A DNA stretch of 64,000 nucleotides from a virus. Of this stretch, positions 32,646 through 40,294 are shown in pieces. A program made the position numbers and the translations under genes. The stretch's first letter is position 1. Each line of letters opens with the position of its first letter. Below the pieces are notes generated by a model. That model had not been told where the DNA came from. It did no database searches and was given only the letters and a program-made list of their open reading frames with translations. The stretch spans positions 32,001 to 96,000 of IMG/VR virus record IMGVR_UViG_3300037493_001906; one strand, given 5' to 3'.

Positions 32646-32820
32646 CTATAGTTGGGTTTTGTTTTGTATACATAATTGTTGTTACTGGCTGTGGTTCTGC
32701 AGGTTTAAGTTTAGTTTCATATTGTCCTACACAATTAGCACATACAGGAGCACCATCACTGGCAGTTCTTTTTTGACATCCACAACTTAGTGAAGCTTTA
32801 CAGTTTTGACAAGTTGACAT
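32638..32820 (-). CDS. Small Zn-finger-like protein, 60 aa
   Basis: CQNCKASLSCGCQKR...CANC. Confidence 0.6.
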   Translation of the reverse strand: MSTCQNCKASLSCGCQKRTASDGAPVCANCVGQYETKLKPAEPQPVTTIMYTKQNPTIDG

Positions 32821-32842
32821 TTTATGTTGGTTTTGTTGGTTA

Positions 32843-33403
32843 CTAACAGGTTGTACAACTTGAGCAATTCATTTTATCAATAAGCTTTAAGGCATATCTG
32901 TAAAGATCCATACCCTTTGCTGGTTGATGACAGAATTCAACATAAGCTTTAGCAGCTTTTAGGTATTGTTGAATAAGTCTTACTTGTTCAAGTTTTGCTT
33001 TTATTTTTTCTGGTGGATCACATGCACCAAGATCTAATTCACAATAGATACCTTGTATCTTATTAAGAGCACAAGTTATTCTTAAGTGATTGTATTCTAC
33101 ATATACTATGTCATTAGGAGATACACTGTATTTAATAATGTATATCCCATCAGGCAACTTAGAGTTTTTAGATCCACAGTTTGTAGATTGTAGTCCTAAA
33201 TCACATGCATTAAAAGGTTGATAAAACCCAGGTGAAATATCTGGAGTAGTTATTTGCACAGGATAATTAAATCCAGGTACTGTAATTTCAAGTAAAGGAC
33301 AGTCTATTGTATTACTAGTACTATATATACTTGTATCTAATATAGGAAGGATACAAAGGTTAAGAGTATCTGGAAGTTCAAGACTTAATATATGATTAGC
33401 CAT
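32843..33403 (-). CDS. Putative tail hub/structural protein, 186 aa
   Basis: LPDGIYIIKYSVSP motif; position after the auxiliary capsid-like gene. Confidence 0.5.
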   Translation of the reverse strand: MANHILSLELPDTLNLCILPILDTSIYSTSNTIDCPLLEITVPGFNYPVQITTPDISPGFYQPFNACDLGLQSTNCGSKNSKLPDGIYIIKYSVSPNDIVYVEYNHLRITCALNKIQGIYCELDLGACDPPEKIKAKLEQVRLIQQYLKAAKAYVEFCHQPAKGMDLYRYALKLIDKMNCSSCTTC

Positions 33404-33431
33404 TTTGCAAATATAATGAAATTATTAAATG

Positions 33432-33477
33432 AAAAAAGGGAGAGGAGAGACTTTTGACTCTCACTCTCCCACTTTTT
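33432..33477 (-). terminator. Rho-independent terminator
   Basis: Minus strand GGGAGAGTGAGAG-loop-CTCTCCTCTCCC followed by TTTTTT. Confidence 0.8.
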
Positions 33478-33496
33478 CAAATTGAATTTGTAATTA

Positions 33497-35200
33497 TTAC
33501 AATGGTGTTACAAGACCATTTCCATCTACGTTAACTGAACAACGTGTACAGTCTCTAGATACTAGAGTAGTACAGTCTACACAAGCAGCTAACCAAGCAT
33601 TCAAGAAAGTATCAAGAGCTGCGTTACCTACTGGAATCAAAGGATTAGCTTCATTAACAATAATCTCCAACATATATCTATCATTGTCAAATGTACCAGT
33701 TGGGTTGTTAAAACGTGGAACAGAATGCAATAAGAAATAACGTGTATAAAGAGCGTTTCTATTAACAGCTCCAAGGATTTGATCACCTTGAGTGATTTCC
33801 CTTACCCTGATGTCAGTGTGGAAGAAGTTTTGTAAGTAAGATTCTGCAAGGATAAGATCCCTTACAACTTGCTCACCAAAGCCCATTCCTTGTACACCAA
33901 GACAGTCATTGTAAACACAAAGATTTTCAAATACACAAGGATCACCATTGTAATCTACTAATGAACCATAGATACGTACAGGCTCTTTTTCAAAGAAGTC
34001 TGTGATTTGGAAAGAGCAGTTACCAAATTTGGTTTCTACAAATGCACCAAATAAACGTATACCACCAGTTGTACCAGCAACATAACCAGGAGATGTATAA
34101 TAATCCCAAGTCTGAGGTTTACCTGCATTAATACCTGCAGTCAAAATTGGAACAGGAAGACCTGTTGAAGGATCAACTGTAGTTCCTGGAGCATACCAAG
34201 GATTACCAGCTTGATCAAAAACAACTGGAAGAATAAAATCTTTCAAGTAGTTATTGATTACAATAGCTTTTGCCCACTCAATCATAACATTAGTTGAATC
34301 AACAGCTGTAGGAACAGTTCCAGAGCAGCAACCTGTGTAAGCAGATACAGTTTGGTAAGCATTGTGATTCAAAGCTCTAAGAGCTGGAGAACCTTTAACA
34401 TCTATACGTAAGTAGTAAGTCTCACCACAAAGAAATTGTTTAGAACAATCTAAATAAGTTGTACCACCTTGGAAATCAGAATCTAAAGGAAATGTAACTG
34501 TAGAAACTACAATAGTAGTTGCAGTTGCACCACCAGTTTTAGTAAGATAACCAGGAATAACAAGTGGAGATACTGTAAAGGCTACAGTTAAAACATCAGC
34601 AGCAGTATAACCATTACCTGGTGAAGTAAGTGTTACAGATGTAATAAGACCAGCAGCACTTACAACAACAGTTGCAGCAGCATTGTTACCTGTACCTCCT
34701 GAAAGAAGGATATTTGTATAAGTCAATGGAGCACCCGTTGTATTTACATAAGTGTTGTTACCTATTGTTGGAGCAGCAGTTGTAGCAATATTTTTACCAG
34801 CTGATTTACCAGCAGTACCAATAGTGATAACTGATTGTTGAGGAACACAAGTTGTAACCTTATATACTTGTTGTATATATTTTGGGTTAATAAGTTTAGA
34901 CTTGTTAGTTTCTTTGTATCCACCATGGAAAGGTCCAATTTTATCATTGGTCAACAATGAAGAAGATGCAAGAATTAATGGACAACAAGCTGTTCCTAAA
35001 GTTCCTGTTGTTACTGATAAATAAGTATCAGCAGTAAAGAAACCAAAGTAACCTGGAGCCAATGTAGATAAAGTTGCTGTAGTTACACTAGCAGTTGTGA
35101 TAAATCCACCTGTAGAGGAAGGACTTAGTGCAGTACCACCTGTCAGGGTAGTACCTGTACCAAGAAACATCTTGGTAAATGCATGATTGAAATAAGCCAT
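33497..35200 (-). CDS. Abundant virion protein, probable auxiliary capsid protein with a Thr/Gly-rich insertion, 567 aa
   Basis: Codon usage like the MCP, strong terminator downstream, crAss synteny, and FLCGETYYLRIDVKG motif. Confidence 0.5.
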   Translation of the reverse strand: MAYFNHAFTKMFLGTGTTLTGGTALSPSSTGGFITTASVTTATLSTLAPGYFGFFTADTYLSVTTGTLGTACCPLILASSSLLTNDKIGPFHGGYKETNKSKLINPKYIQQVYKVTTCVPQQSVITIGTAGKSAGKNIATTAAPTIGNNTYVNTTGAPLTYTNILLSGGTGNNAAATVVVSAAGLITSVTLTSPGNGYTAADVLTVAFTVSPLVIPGYLTKTGGATATTIVVSTVTFPLDSDFQGGTTYLDCSKQFLCGETYYLRIDVKGSPALRALNHNAYQTVSAYTGCCSGTVPTAVDSTNVMIEWAKAIVINNYLKDFILPVVFDQAGNPWYAPGTTVDPSTGLPVPILTAGINAGKPQTWDYYTSPGYVAGTTGGIRLFGAFVETKFGNCSFQITDFFEKEPVRIYGSLVDYNGDPCVFENLCVYNDCLGVQGMGFGEQVVRDLILAESYLQNFFHTDIRVREITQGDQILGAVNRNALYTRYFLLHSVPRFNNPTGTFDNDRYMLEIIVNEANPLIPVGNAALDTFLNAWLAACVDCTTLVSRDCTRCSVNVDGNGLVTPL

Positions 35201-35260
35201 TTTTTTTTTTTAAATTAAGTTAAACAATAAACAAATATATATAGGTATTAATATAATAAA

Positions 35261-35701
35261 TTATTTTAAGAATAGCAACTTATATTTTGTAGAATTTATT
35301 AAAGATTTTATTTCATCTATAGTATTTTGAATTTCTGAGTGACTACATGCTTCATGTACCATCTCAGCTAAGTCATATAATCCTCTTAAATACTTAATAC
35401 AATCCTCTGCAGTTTTCATTGTAGGTAGGTTTACTGAAGTAGGAAATGTAAGTAGCTTCTCAGTTACTCCTTGATACTGTTCTATTAAGTCATCAGCTAG
35501 GTCTCCAGCAGCATCATAAAATCCTCCCATTGCTGTGTGTGCAGCATATGATCCTACACCAGTAACAAGCAAATGATTAAGATGCACTTTAGTTACTCCA
35601 TTAAGTAATTCAAAACCTAATGTTGCAATATGTTTTGAGTGATCACCTTTTGAACTTGTTTCTACCCCAGATTTAAGAGGTCTTTGAACGTATTCTGCCA
35701 T
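35261..35701 (-). CDS. Ferritin/Dps-like four-helix protein (DUF5856-like), 146 aa
   Basis: HLNH...YAAHTAMGGFYD...DDLIEQYQG...SEIQNTIDEIKSLINSTKYKL pattern. Confidence 0.7.
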   Translation of the reverse strand: MAEYVQRPLKSGVETSSKGDHSKHIATLGFELLNGVTKVHLNHLLVTGVGSYAAHTAMGGFYDAAGDLADDLIEQYQGVTEKLLTFPTSVNLPTMKTAEDCIKYLRGLYDLAEMVHEACSHSEIQNTIDEIKSLINSTKYKLLFLK

Positions 35702-35706
35702 TTTAT

Positions 35707-36414
35707 TTAGTTATTAGATTCTACTGATTTTTCTTGTATTTGTTGTTGAATTATAGATTCAATATCACCTGCTAAAATTTTAGAACATTCATCAACTAAA
35801 AGTTCTACTATATCATCTTTAAATTCACAGACTATATCTACTAAAGGTATAAGACCTGTATATGGATCTTTTACATTTGTTATTTCAATTTTAATAGGTT
35901 GTCTATAATAAGTAAGAGTAGTATTTTTTAATATAAACTCATTATTTGTATAAACTTGAAACGTATTGTCCTTTAATGTGGCAAAAGTTTCACCCCACTC
36001 ATAACTAGGTTTTTTATTATAATCCTTAAGTAATATGTCTATATTTTGATTCTCTGTTAAATAAACAATCATTTTTTTTGCAGGACAACATCCATCAACT
36101 TTTTCTGCCTCAGTAGATATTCTTTTAAACTGCAAATAATTTATAGGCAAAGTTGTACTTTCAAAGTATTGTTGTTTATTAGTCATTACTATAGAAAGTG
36201 TTGTAAGTAATATTTGAAGATCATCAATCCTTCTTTTGGATTGCTCATCTCCTTCTTTTACTATATTTAATCCATGCAAATTCCTTCTAACCCAATCTGA
36301 TTGGCCTTTATTAAAAGCTTCAATAATCTGCCAGTCCTGAATATTGTCATAGTCATTACTAGCTAATTTATTTAGCCTTTGTTTTACCTTTATGAGTATA
36401 GTTGAATTTAACAT
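35707..36414 (-). CDS. Head-tail ring/adaptor protein (crAss gene-74-like), 235 aa
   Basis: RLNKLASNDYDN...IIEAFNKGQ...EQSKRRIDDLQILL pattern and YYRQP motif. Confidence 0.7.
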   Translation of the reverse strand: MLNSTILIKVKQRLNKLASNDYDNIQDWQIIEAFNKGQSDWVRRNLHGLNIVKEGDEQSKRRIDDLQILLTTLSIVMTNKQQYFESTTLPINYLQFKRISTEAEKVDGCCPAKKMIVYLTENQNIDILLKDYNKKPSYEWGETFATLKDNTFQVYTNNEFILKNTTLTYYRQPIKIEITNVKDPYTGLIPLVDIVCEFKDDIVELLVDECSKILAGDIESIIQQQIQEKSVESNN

Positions 36415-36418
36415 TTAA

Positions 36419-36664
36419 TTAGCATTTCCATTTTTTTCTTGCAAGCCTTAATCTACTATTAGGATCTTTAGCTGCCTTGGGGAACATTTTCATTTGACCT
36501 GCAGATCTAGCACAAAAAGATTTTTTTCTAGAACCACCTTCAGGCTGTGGAGCTTTAAGGTGTGATCCAGGATTAGCATTATTATAAGATGCTCTGCCTT
36601 TTGCATTAAGTCCACCAGAAGGAGACTTACCCTCTTTTCTTTGCCAAGCAGCAGTCTTTGCCAT
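36419..36664 (-). CDS. Small basic protein, 81 aa
   Basis: AWQRKEGKSPSGGLNAKGRASY...RKKSFCARS; a type I recall from environmental phages (unverified). Confidence 0.75.
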   Translation of the reverse strand: MAKTAAWQRKEGKSPSGGLNAKGRASYNNANPGSHLKAPQPEGGSRKKSFCARSAGQMKMFPKAAKDPNSRLRLARKKWKC

Positions 36665-36786
36665 TACTTTTTCTTTTTAGAATTAGACTTCTTCATGTTA
36701 CGTCCTATATTCATACCTACTTGAAAAGATTTTTTAACCTTTTCTCCACATGCTGACTTCTTTGTATTTTTACTAGATGTTGCCAT
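36664..36786 (-). CDS. Lys-rich micro-protein, 40 aa (MATSSKNTKKSACGEKVKKSFQVG...)
   Basis: Translated by hand; TAATG overlap with the next gene. Confidence 0.65.
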   Translation of the reverse strand: MATSSKNTKKSACGEKVKKSFQVGMNIGRNMKKSNSKKKK

Positions 36787-36808
36787 ATTATTTTTTTTAG
36801 CTTTCACA

Positions 36809-37417
36809 TTAACCATTAGTCTCAGTTGTATCTGTTGTAGTAGTATCTGTAGTTCCTGACTCTGTAGTAGTATCAGTTGTTGTATCTGTAGAAGTAGTTG
36901 TAGCTTCTTCAGTAGTTACTTCAGCAGCAGGTTCAGTTGTAGTCTCTGCAGTTGTAGTAGTTTCTTCTACAACAGCAGTTTCTTCAATTGTAGCAGTTGG
37001 TTCAACTACAGTCTCTTCTACTACAGCAGTAGCTTCTTCTGTAGAAATTGAATCTCCAAATGAATCAATAGGAATTGAGGTTGTTGATTCCTCTGTAACT
37101 ACAGGAGTTTCTTCAACTATAGGTGTTTCAACAACTGATGCTTCTTCTACAACTTGTATTACTTCTTCAACACCAACTACAGGAAGACCTGAAGTTGCTT
37201 GATTACTCATAACATTTACATTGAATAAAAGATCACTAATAATAGCAATACTCAAGTTAGGTTCTTCAATACTCTGATGAATTGACAATTGTTTAGTTTT
37301 AGTTAAAACTTCAATTGATGATTCTTCCTTAATATCATAAGAAATAGTATAGAGAATGTTTTCACCAGATGTTACTCTATCTGCAGACTCTGTATAGTTT
37401 ATAAGTTTATATGCCAT
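36809..37417 (-). CDS. Acidic Thr/Glu-rich low-complexity protein (likely start MAYKL, 202 aa)
   Basis: C-terminal half almost entirely E/T/V/A; the ORF-track start at 37450 overlaps the upstream gene. Confidence 0.7.
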   Translation of the reverse strand: MAYKLINYTESADRVTSGENILYTISYDIKEESSIEVLTKTKQLSIHQSIEEPNLSIAIISDLLFNVNVMSNQATSGLPVVGVEEVIQVVEEASVVETPIVEETPVVTEESTTSIPIDSFGDSISTEEATAVVEETVVEPTATIEETAVVEETTTTAETTTEPAAEVTTEEATTTSTDTTTDTTTESGTTDTTTTDTTETNG

Positions 37418-37418
37418 T

Positions 37419-37637
37419 TTAACAAGATTTTTTTGATTTAACCATTCCACCTTTTTTCATTGCAGGTGAAACTAATTTTGCAGGTTTAGGAGCAGCTCCA
37501 GGATATTTTGAATAATCCTTTACATCTATATCCTTATAAGGTTTACCAGAAAATGAACTTCCTCCAAATTGTTTTTTCTTAAGATCATTAAGATCATTAA
37601 AATGCTTAAGAGGATTTGTTGTAGTTTTTAATTTCAT
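37419..37637 (-). CDS. Small basic protein with QFGG and MKKGG motifs, 72 aa
   Basis: From the ORF track; tightly packed with its neighbours. Confidence 0.7.
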   Translation of the reverse strand: MKLKTTTNPLKHFNDLNDLKKKQFGGSSFSGKPYKDIDVKDYSKYPGAAPKPAKLVSPAMKKGGMVKSKKSC

Positions 37638-37639
37638 TG

Positions 37640-37786
37640 TTATTTAGATTTAGCCATTTTTTTAAATGTCCTGGCAAGAGCTTTTCTTTTAGGAGTACAA
37701 GTTTTTTTGGTTTCTGGAGTACAAAAACCTTTATGTTTAGGATTTACTGCTTTTTGTATCCACTTTTTGTCTGACTTAGCTGCCAT
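37640..37786 (-). CDS. Lys-rich micro-protein, 48 aa (MAAKSDKKWIQKAVNPKHKGFCTP...)
   Basis: Translated by hand; fills the gap exactly, with a TAATG junction. Confidence 0.75.
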   Translation of the reverse strand: MAAKSDKKWIQKAVNPKHKGFCTPETKKTCTPKRKALARTFKKMAKSK

Positions 37787-38100
37787 TATTTTTTAGATTT
37801 AGACTTAATTTTAGACTTAACTGCTCCACCTGTTTTACGTAAAGGTTTACCTTCATATATTTTACCAGTACTTCTTTCTGCAGCTCTAACTCCCCATTCC
37901 ATTGGTTTTGCTATACCAGCCCACATAGCTGCTCTAACAGGAGCCTTCAGTACTCTATCAAACATATTTTCAGACTTTGGACCTAAAATATCTTTAGCAT
38001 CCATAACATTATATGTTCCTGGTTTTCTAGTTGCTTTAACTGCAGGAGTAGATTTTACAACTTTTCCTGTTTGAGCTTTTTTTAATATTTTCTTTGCCAT
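37786..38100 (-). CDS. Small basic protein with KKAQTG and RKTGG motifs, 104 aa
   Basis: From the ORF track. Confidence 0.7.
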   Translation of the reverse strand: MAKKILKKAQTGKVVKSTPAVKATRKPGTYNVMDAKDILGPKSENMFDRVLKAPVRAAMWAGIAKPMEWGVRAAERSTGKIYEGKPLRKTGGAVKSKIKSKSKK

Positions 38101-38102
38101 TA

Positions 38103-38279
38103 TTATTTCTTTTTTGTAGGTTTTACAATAGTACTAAGACTATTAAGAGATTTAGTTATACCTCCCATTAAAAATTTATCTTTCTTAATTTCTTCAGCAC
38201 GCTGCAAAGTTCTCATTGCATCACTGATTTCCCAAGACCTATCAATTTTAGGAGAAGCTATTTTTACTTTCTTTGCCAT
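38103..38279 (-). CDS. Basic micro-protein, 58 aa (MAKKVKIASPKIDRSWEISDAMRTLQRAEEIKKD...)
   Basis: Translated by hand; preceded by TATATTATAGT. Confidence 0.7.
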   Translation of the reverse strand: MAKKVKIASPKIDRSWEISDAMRTLQRAEEIKKDKFLMGGITKSLNSLSTIVKPTKKK

Positions 38280-38303
38280 ACTATAATATAGTTAAAATAA
38301 ATG

Positions 38304-38346
38304 ATTCTGCCAAAACTACAAAATAATTTAATAGTCTTGGCAGAAT
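38304..38346 (-). terminator. Terminator-like hairpin inside the micro-protein cluster
   Basis: 15-bp arms ATTCTGCCAA(A/G)ACTA / TAGT(C/T)TTGGCAGAAT with T-rich flanks on both strands. Confidence 0.7.
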
Positions 38347-38353
38347 TTTAATT

Positions 38354-38521
38354 TTATTTTCCCTTAACTTTTTTAAGTCTTGGGTTTTTAGCTTTTGCAG
38401 CAGAAGAAGCTTTACGTGAACTAGAAGCTAAGATTGCCCCTGCGGCCTCTTTGCTAATACCCTGTTTGCTTGCAATGCTGGCCTGGACGGCCTTAAAGCC
38501 TGGGTGTTTTTTACTTGCCAC
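38354..38521 (-). CDS. Basic micro-protein, 55 aa, GTG start (MASKKHPGFKAVQASIASKQGISKEAAGAILASSSRK...)
   Basis: Translated by hand; locally higher GC than its neighbours. Confidence 0.75.
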   Translation of the reverse strand: MASKKHPGFKAVQASIASKQGISKEAAGAILASSSRKASSAAKAKNPRLKKVKGK

Positions 38522-38552
38522 TTTGGTTTTAATTTTTTATTACAATTACACA

Positions 38553-38681
38553 TTATCTTCCTTGTCTATTGTATTTCTTATAACCTAATTTTTCTTTAGG
38601 ACCAAGTTTTTTCTTAGCCTTCCCAGTTTTACGTACACCAAAAGAACTCTTTTTAGTTGAACCTTTATCTACTCTAGCCAT
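38553..38681 (-). CDS. Basic micro-protein, 42 aa (MARVDKGSTKKSSFGVRKTGKAKKKLGPKEK...)
   Basis: Translated by hand. Confidence 0.7.
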   Translation of the reverse strand: MARVDKGSTKKSSFGVRKTGKAKKKLGPKEKLGYKKYNRQGR

Positions 38682-38683
38682 GG

Positions 38684-38986
38684 TTATTTCTTTTTAGCTT
38701 TAATTGTACCACCTTTTTTAAAGGTAGGAGTTTCTCTTTTTACTCTAGATTTTACATTAGGACTAGAAATTTTTGGTCCTTCTGGAGCAACAGCAGTAAC
38801 ATAGCCTTTTTGTATTTTTGATACTCTAGGACTGCCAGTAATAAAACCTTTAAGTGTTCTTTTTACTTTACTTTCATAATCACCTTCACTATTCTGTTTT
38901 GTAACAGTTTTATATTTACCATCTGCTGATTTAACAGAAGTAGAAGATGTGCCACCTATTTGTTTCTTTAATAACTTTTTAGCCAT
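38684..38986 (-). CDS. Small basic protein with KKQIGG and FKKGG motifs, 100 aa
   Basis: From the ORF track. Confidence 0.7.
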   Translation of the reverse strand: MAKKLLKKQIGGTSSTSVKSADGKYKTVTKQNSEGDYESKVKRTLKGFITGSPRVSKIQKGYVTAVAPEGPKISSPNVKSRVKRETPTFKKGGTIKAKKK

Positions 38987-39156
38987 TATTTTTTCAATTT
39001 ACCAGTTGGCACATCACAAGCAGCTTTATTAAGACCACCTGTATAACGTGTAGGATTAGTTACTACTGTAGGATAAGTGTTTTTACCACCAGTATATTTA
39101 GTAGGATTAGTTACCACTTCAGGGAACTTGTTTGAATTTTTTAGTGTACCAGCCAT
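38986..39156 (-). CDS. Micro-protein with a duplicated VVTNPT(K/R)YTGG repeat, 56 aa
   Basis: Translated by hand; TAATG junction. Confidence 0.7.
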   Translation of the reverse strand: MAGTLKNSNKFPEVVTNPTKYTGGKNTYPTVVTNPTRYTGGLNKAACDVPTGKLKK

Positions 39157-39172
39157 TTTATTTAGTTTTTAG

Positions 39173-40186
39173 TTATTGCCATAATTTTTCTACCTTCTTC
39201 ATGAGGTCAACTAAGACATGCTCATTAAGAGGATTCTTTAAAAACTCAACACACTCAGAAGGATTACGTCCCATTTGTGTAGATGAGTCAGTATGATATA
39301 TAAAACCATCTCCTTTAAATGAAATCATTTTATAAAATGTTCCATCTTTAACAATTGATTTTAATTTTAAAGTTTCCATATCTAGCTCTGCAGCATCTAG
39401 GAAAGATTGAGCAGCTCTTCTTAAATTTGACTCAACACCATCACCATTGATAAATGTATCCATGTTGTCATAGTAAACATCATTAGGTGTGTTCTTTTTA
39501 TATTGAGGACTATTTGCATCAACTACTTTACATACATAAAATAATTTGTTAATGTTTTTATTAAATAGTTTATCCAATTCAGAAAGGGCCCTATTTTTAA
39601 TCTTCTTAAGTTCTGTTTTAGTAGAGACAGTATCCACAAATTTATCTAAGTAAAACTTAGGTGGAACAGCTGAACTTCTTGCTAATTCATAACTTGGACA
39701 AATCATTGCAAATCCACCAGCTTCAATAGCATATAACTTAATAAGGTCATATGGATCTTTAGCAGGATCAAGAATAACTGGATCATTACCACATCTCATT
39801 GTGATCCTATTCCAGAACTCATCATTATCATGTCTGAGCAATTTAAGTTTATTCCAAAAATCAGGATCATTGGCATCTACTATATTTGCTGCAAGTTCTT
39901 TTTCAAGTTGTGATACTACAGTTCTTATTTCTTTAATCTTTGCTTCTCTTGTTTCAGTATCCTGAATAAGTTTAACTTCAGGTGAAAATTCATTAAGACC
40001 TGTTAGGTAACGCTTAATACCATTTCTCTCTATACATGCAAGTTGTTCTTCATGGAACACACCATCATATAAAGACATTCCATATTTTTCAAGGCCAAGA
40101 TTACTCATATCAGCATCAAAATATGGTTTAACAGAAATAGTCCCTGATTTTACGTCATAAGGGGATGACACAATAGTAATACTCAT
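39173..40186 (-). CDS. Conserved crAss-like protein downstream of the MCP (gene-75-like), 337 aa
   Basis: Synteny directly after the MCP; LDPAKDPYDLIKLYAIEAGG motif. Confidence 0.6.
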   Translation of the reverse strand: MSITIVSSPYDVKSGTISVKPYFDADMSNLGLEKYGMSLYDGVFHEEQLACIERNGIKRYLTGLNEFSPEVKLIQDTETREAKIKEIRTVVSQLEKELAANIVDANDPDFWNKLKLLRHDNDEFWNRITMRCGNDPVILDPAKDPYDLIKLYAIEAGGFAMICPSYELARSSAVPPKFYLDKFVDTVSTKTELKKIKNRALSELDKLFNKNINKLFYVCKVVDANSPQYKKNTPNDVYYDNMDTFINGDGVESNLRRAAQSFLDAAELDMETLKLKSIVKDGTFYKMISFKGDGFIYHTDSSTQMGRNPSECVEFLKNPLNEHVLVDLMKKVEKLWQ

Positions 40187-40199
40187 TTTAGTTTAGATT

Positions 40200-40222
40200 T
40201 GGTTGGTTATTAGACTGACATA
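40200..40222 (-). promoter_or_regulatory. Leader motif TATGTCAGTC-TAAT-AACCAACCA, copy 1
   Basis: Near-identical to 43407-43430; lies just upstream of the ATG at 40186. Confidence 0.55.
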
Positions 40223-40228
40223 TTTAGT

Positions 40229-40259
40229 GAAAATTGGGGAGAGCTTTCACCCCCTCCCC
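40229..40259 (-). terminator. Terminator after the major capsid gene
   Basis: Minus strand GGGGAG(GG)-gtgaaag-(CT)CTCCCC followed by AATTTT. Confidence 0.65.
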
Positions 40260-40294
40260 TATTCCACTTGCCCTACACGATGCAGGGACTTTGA

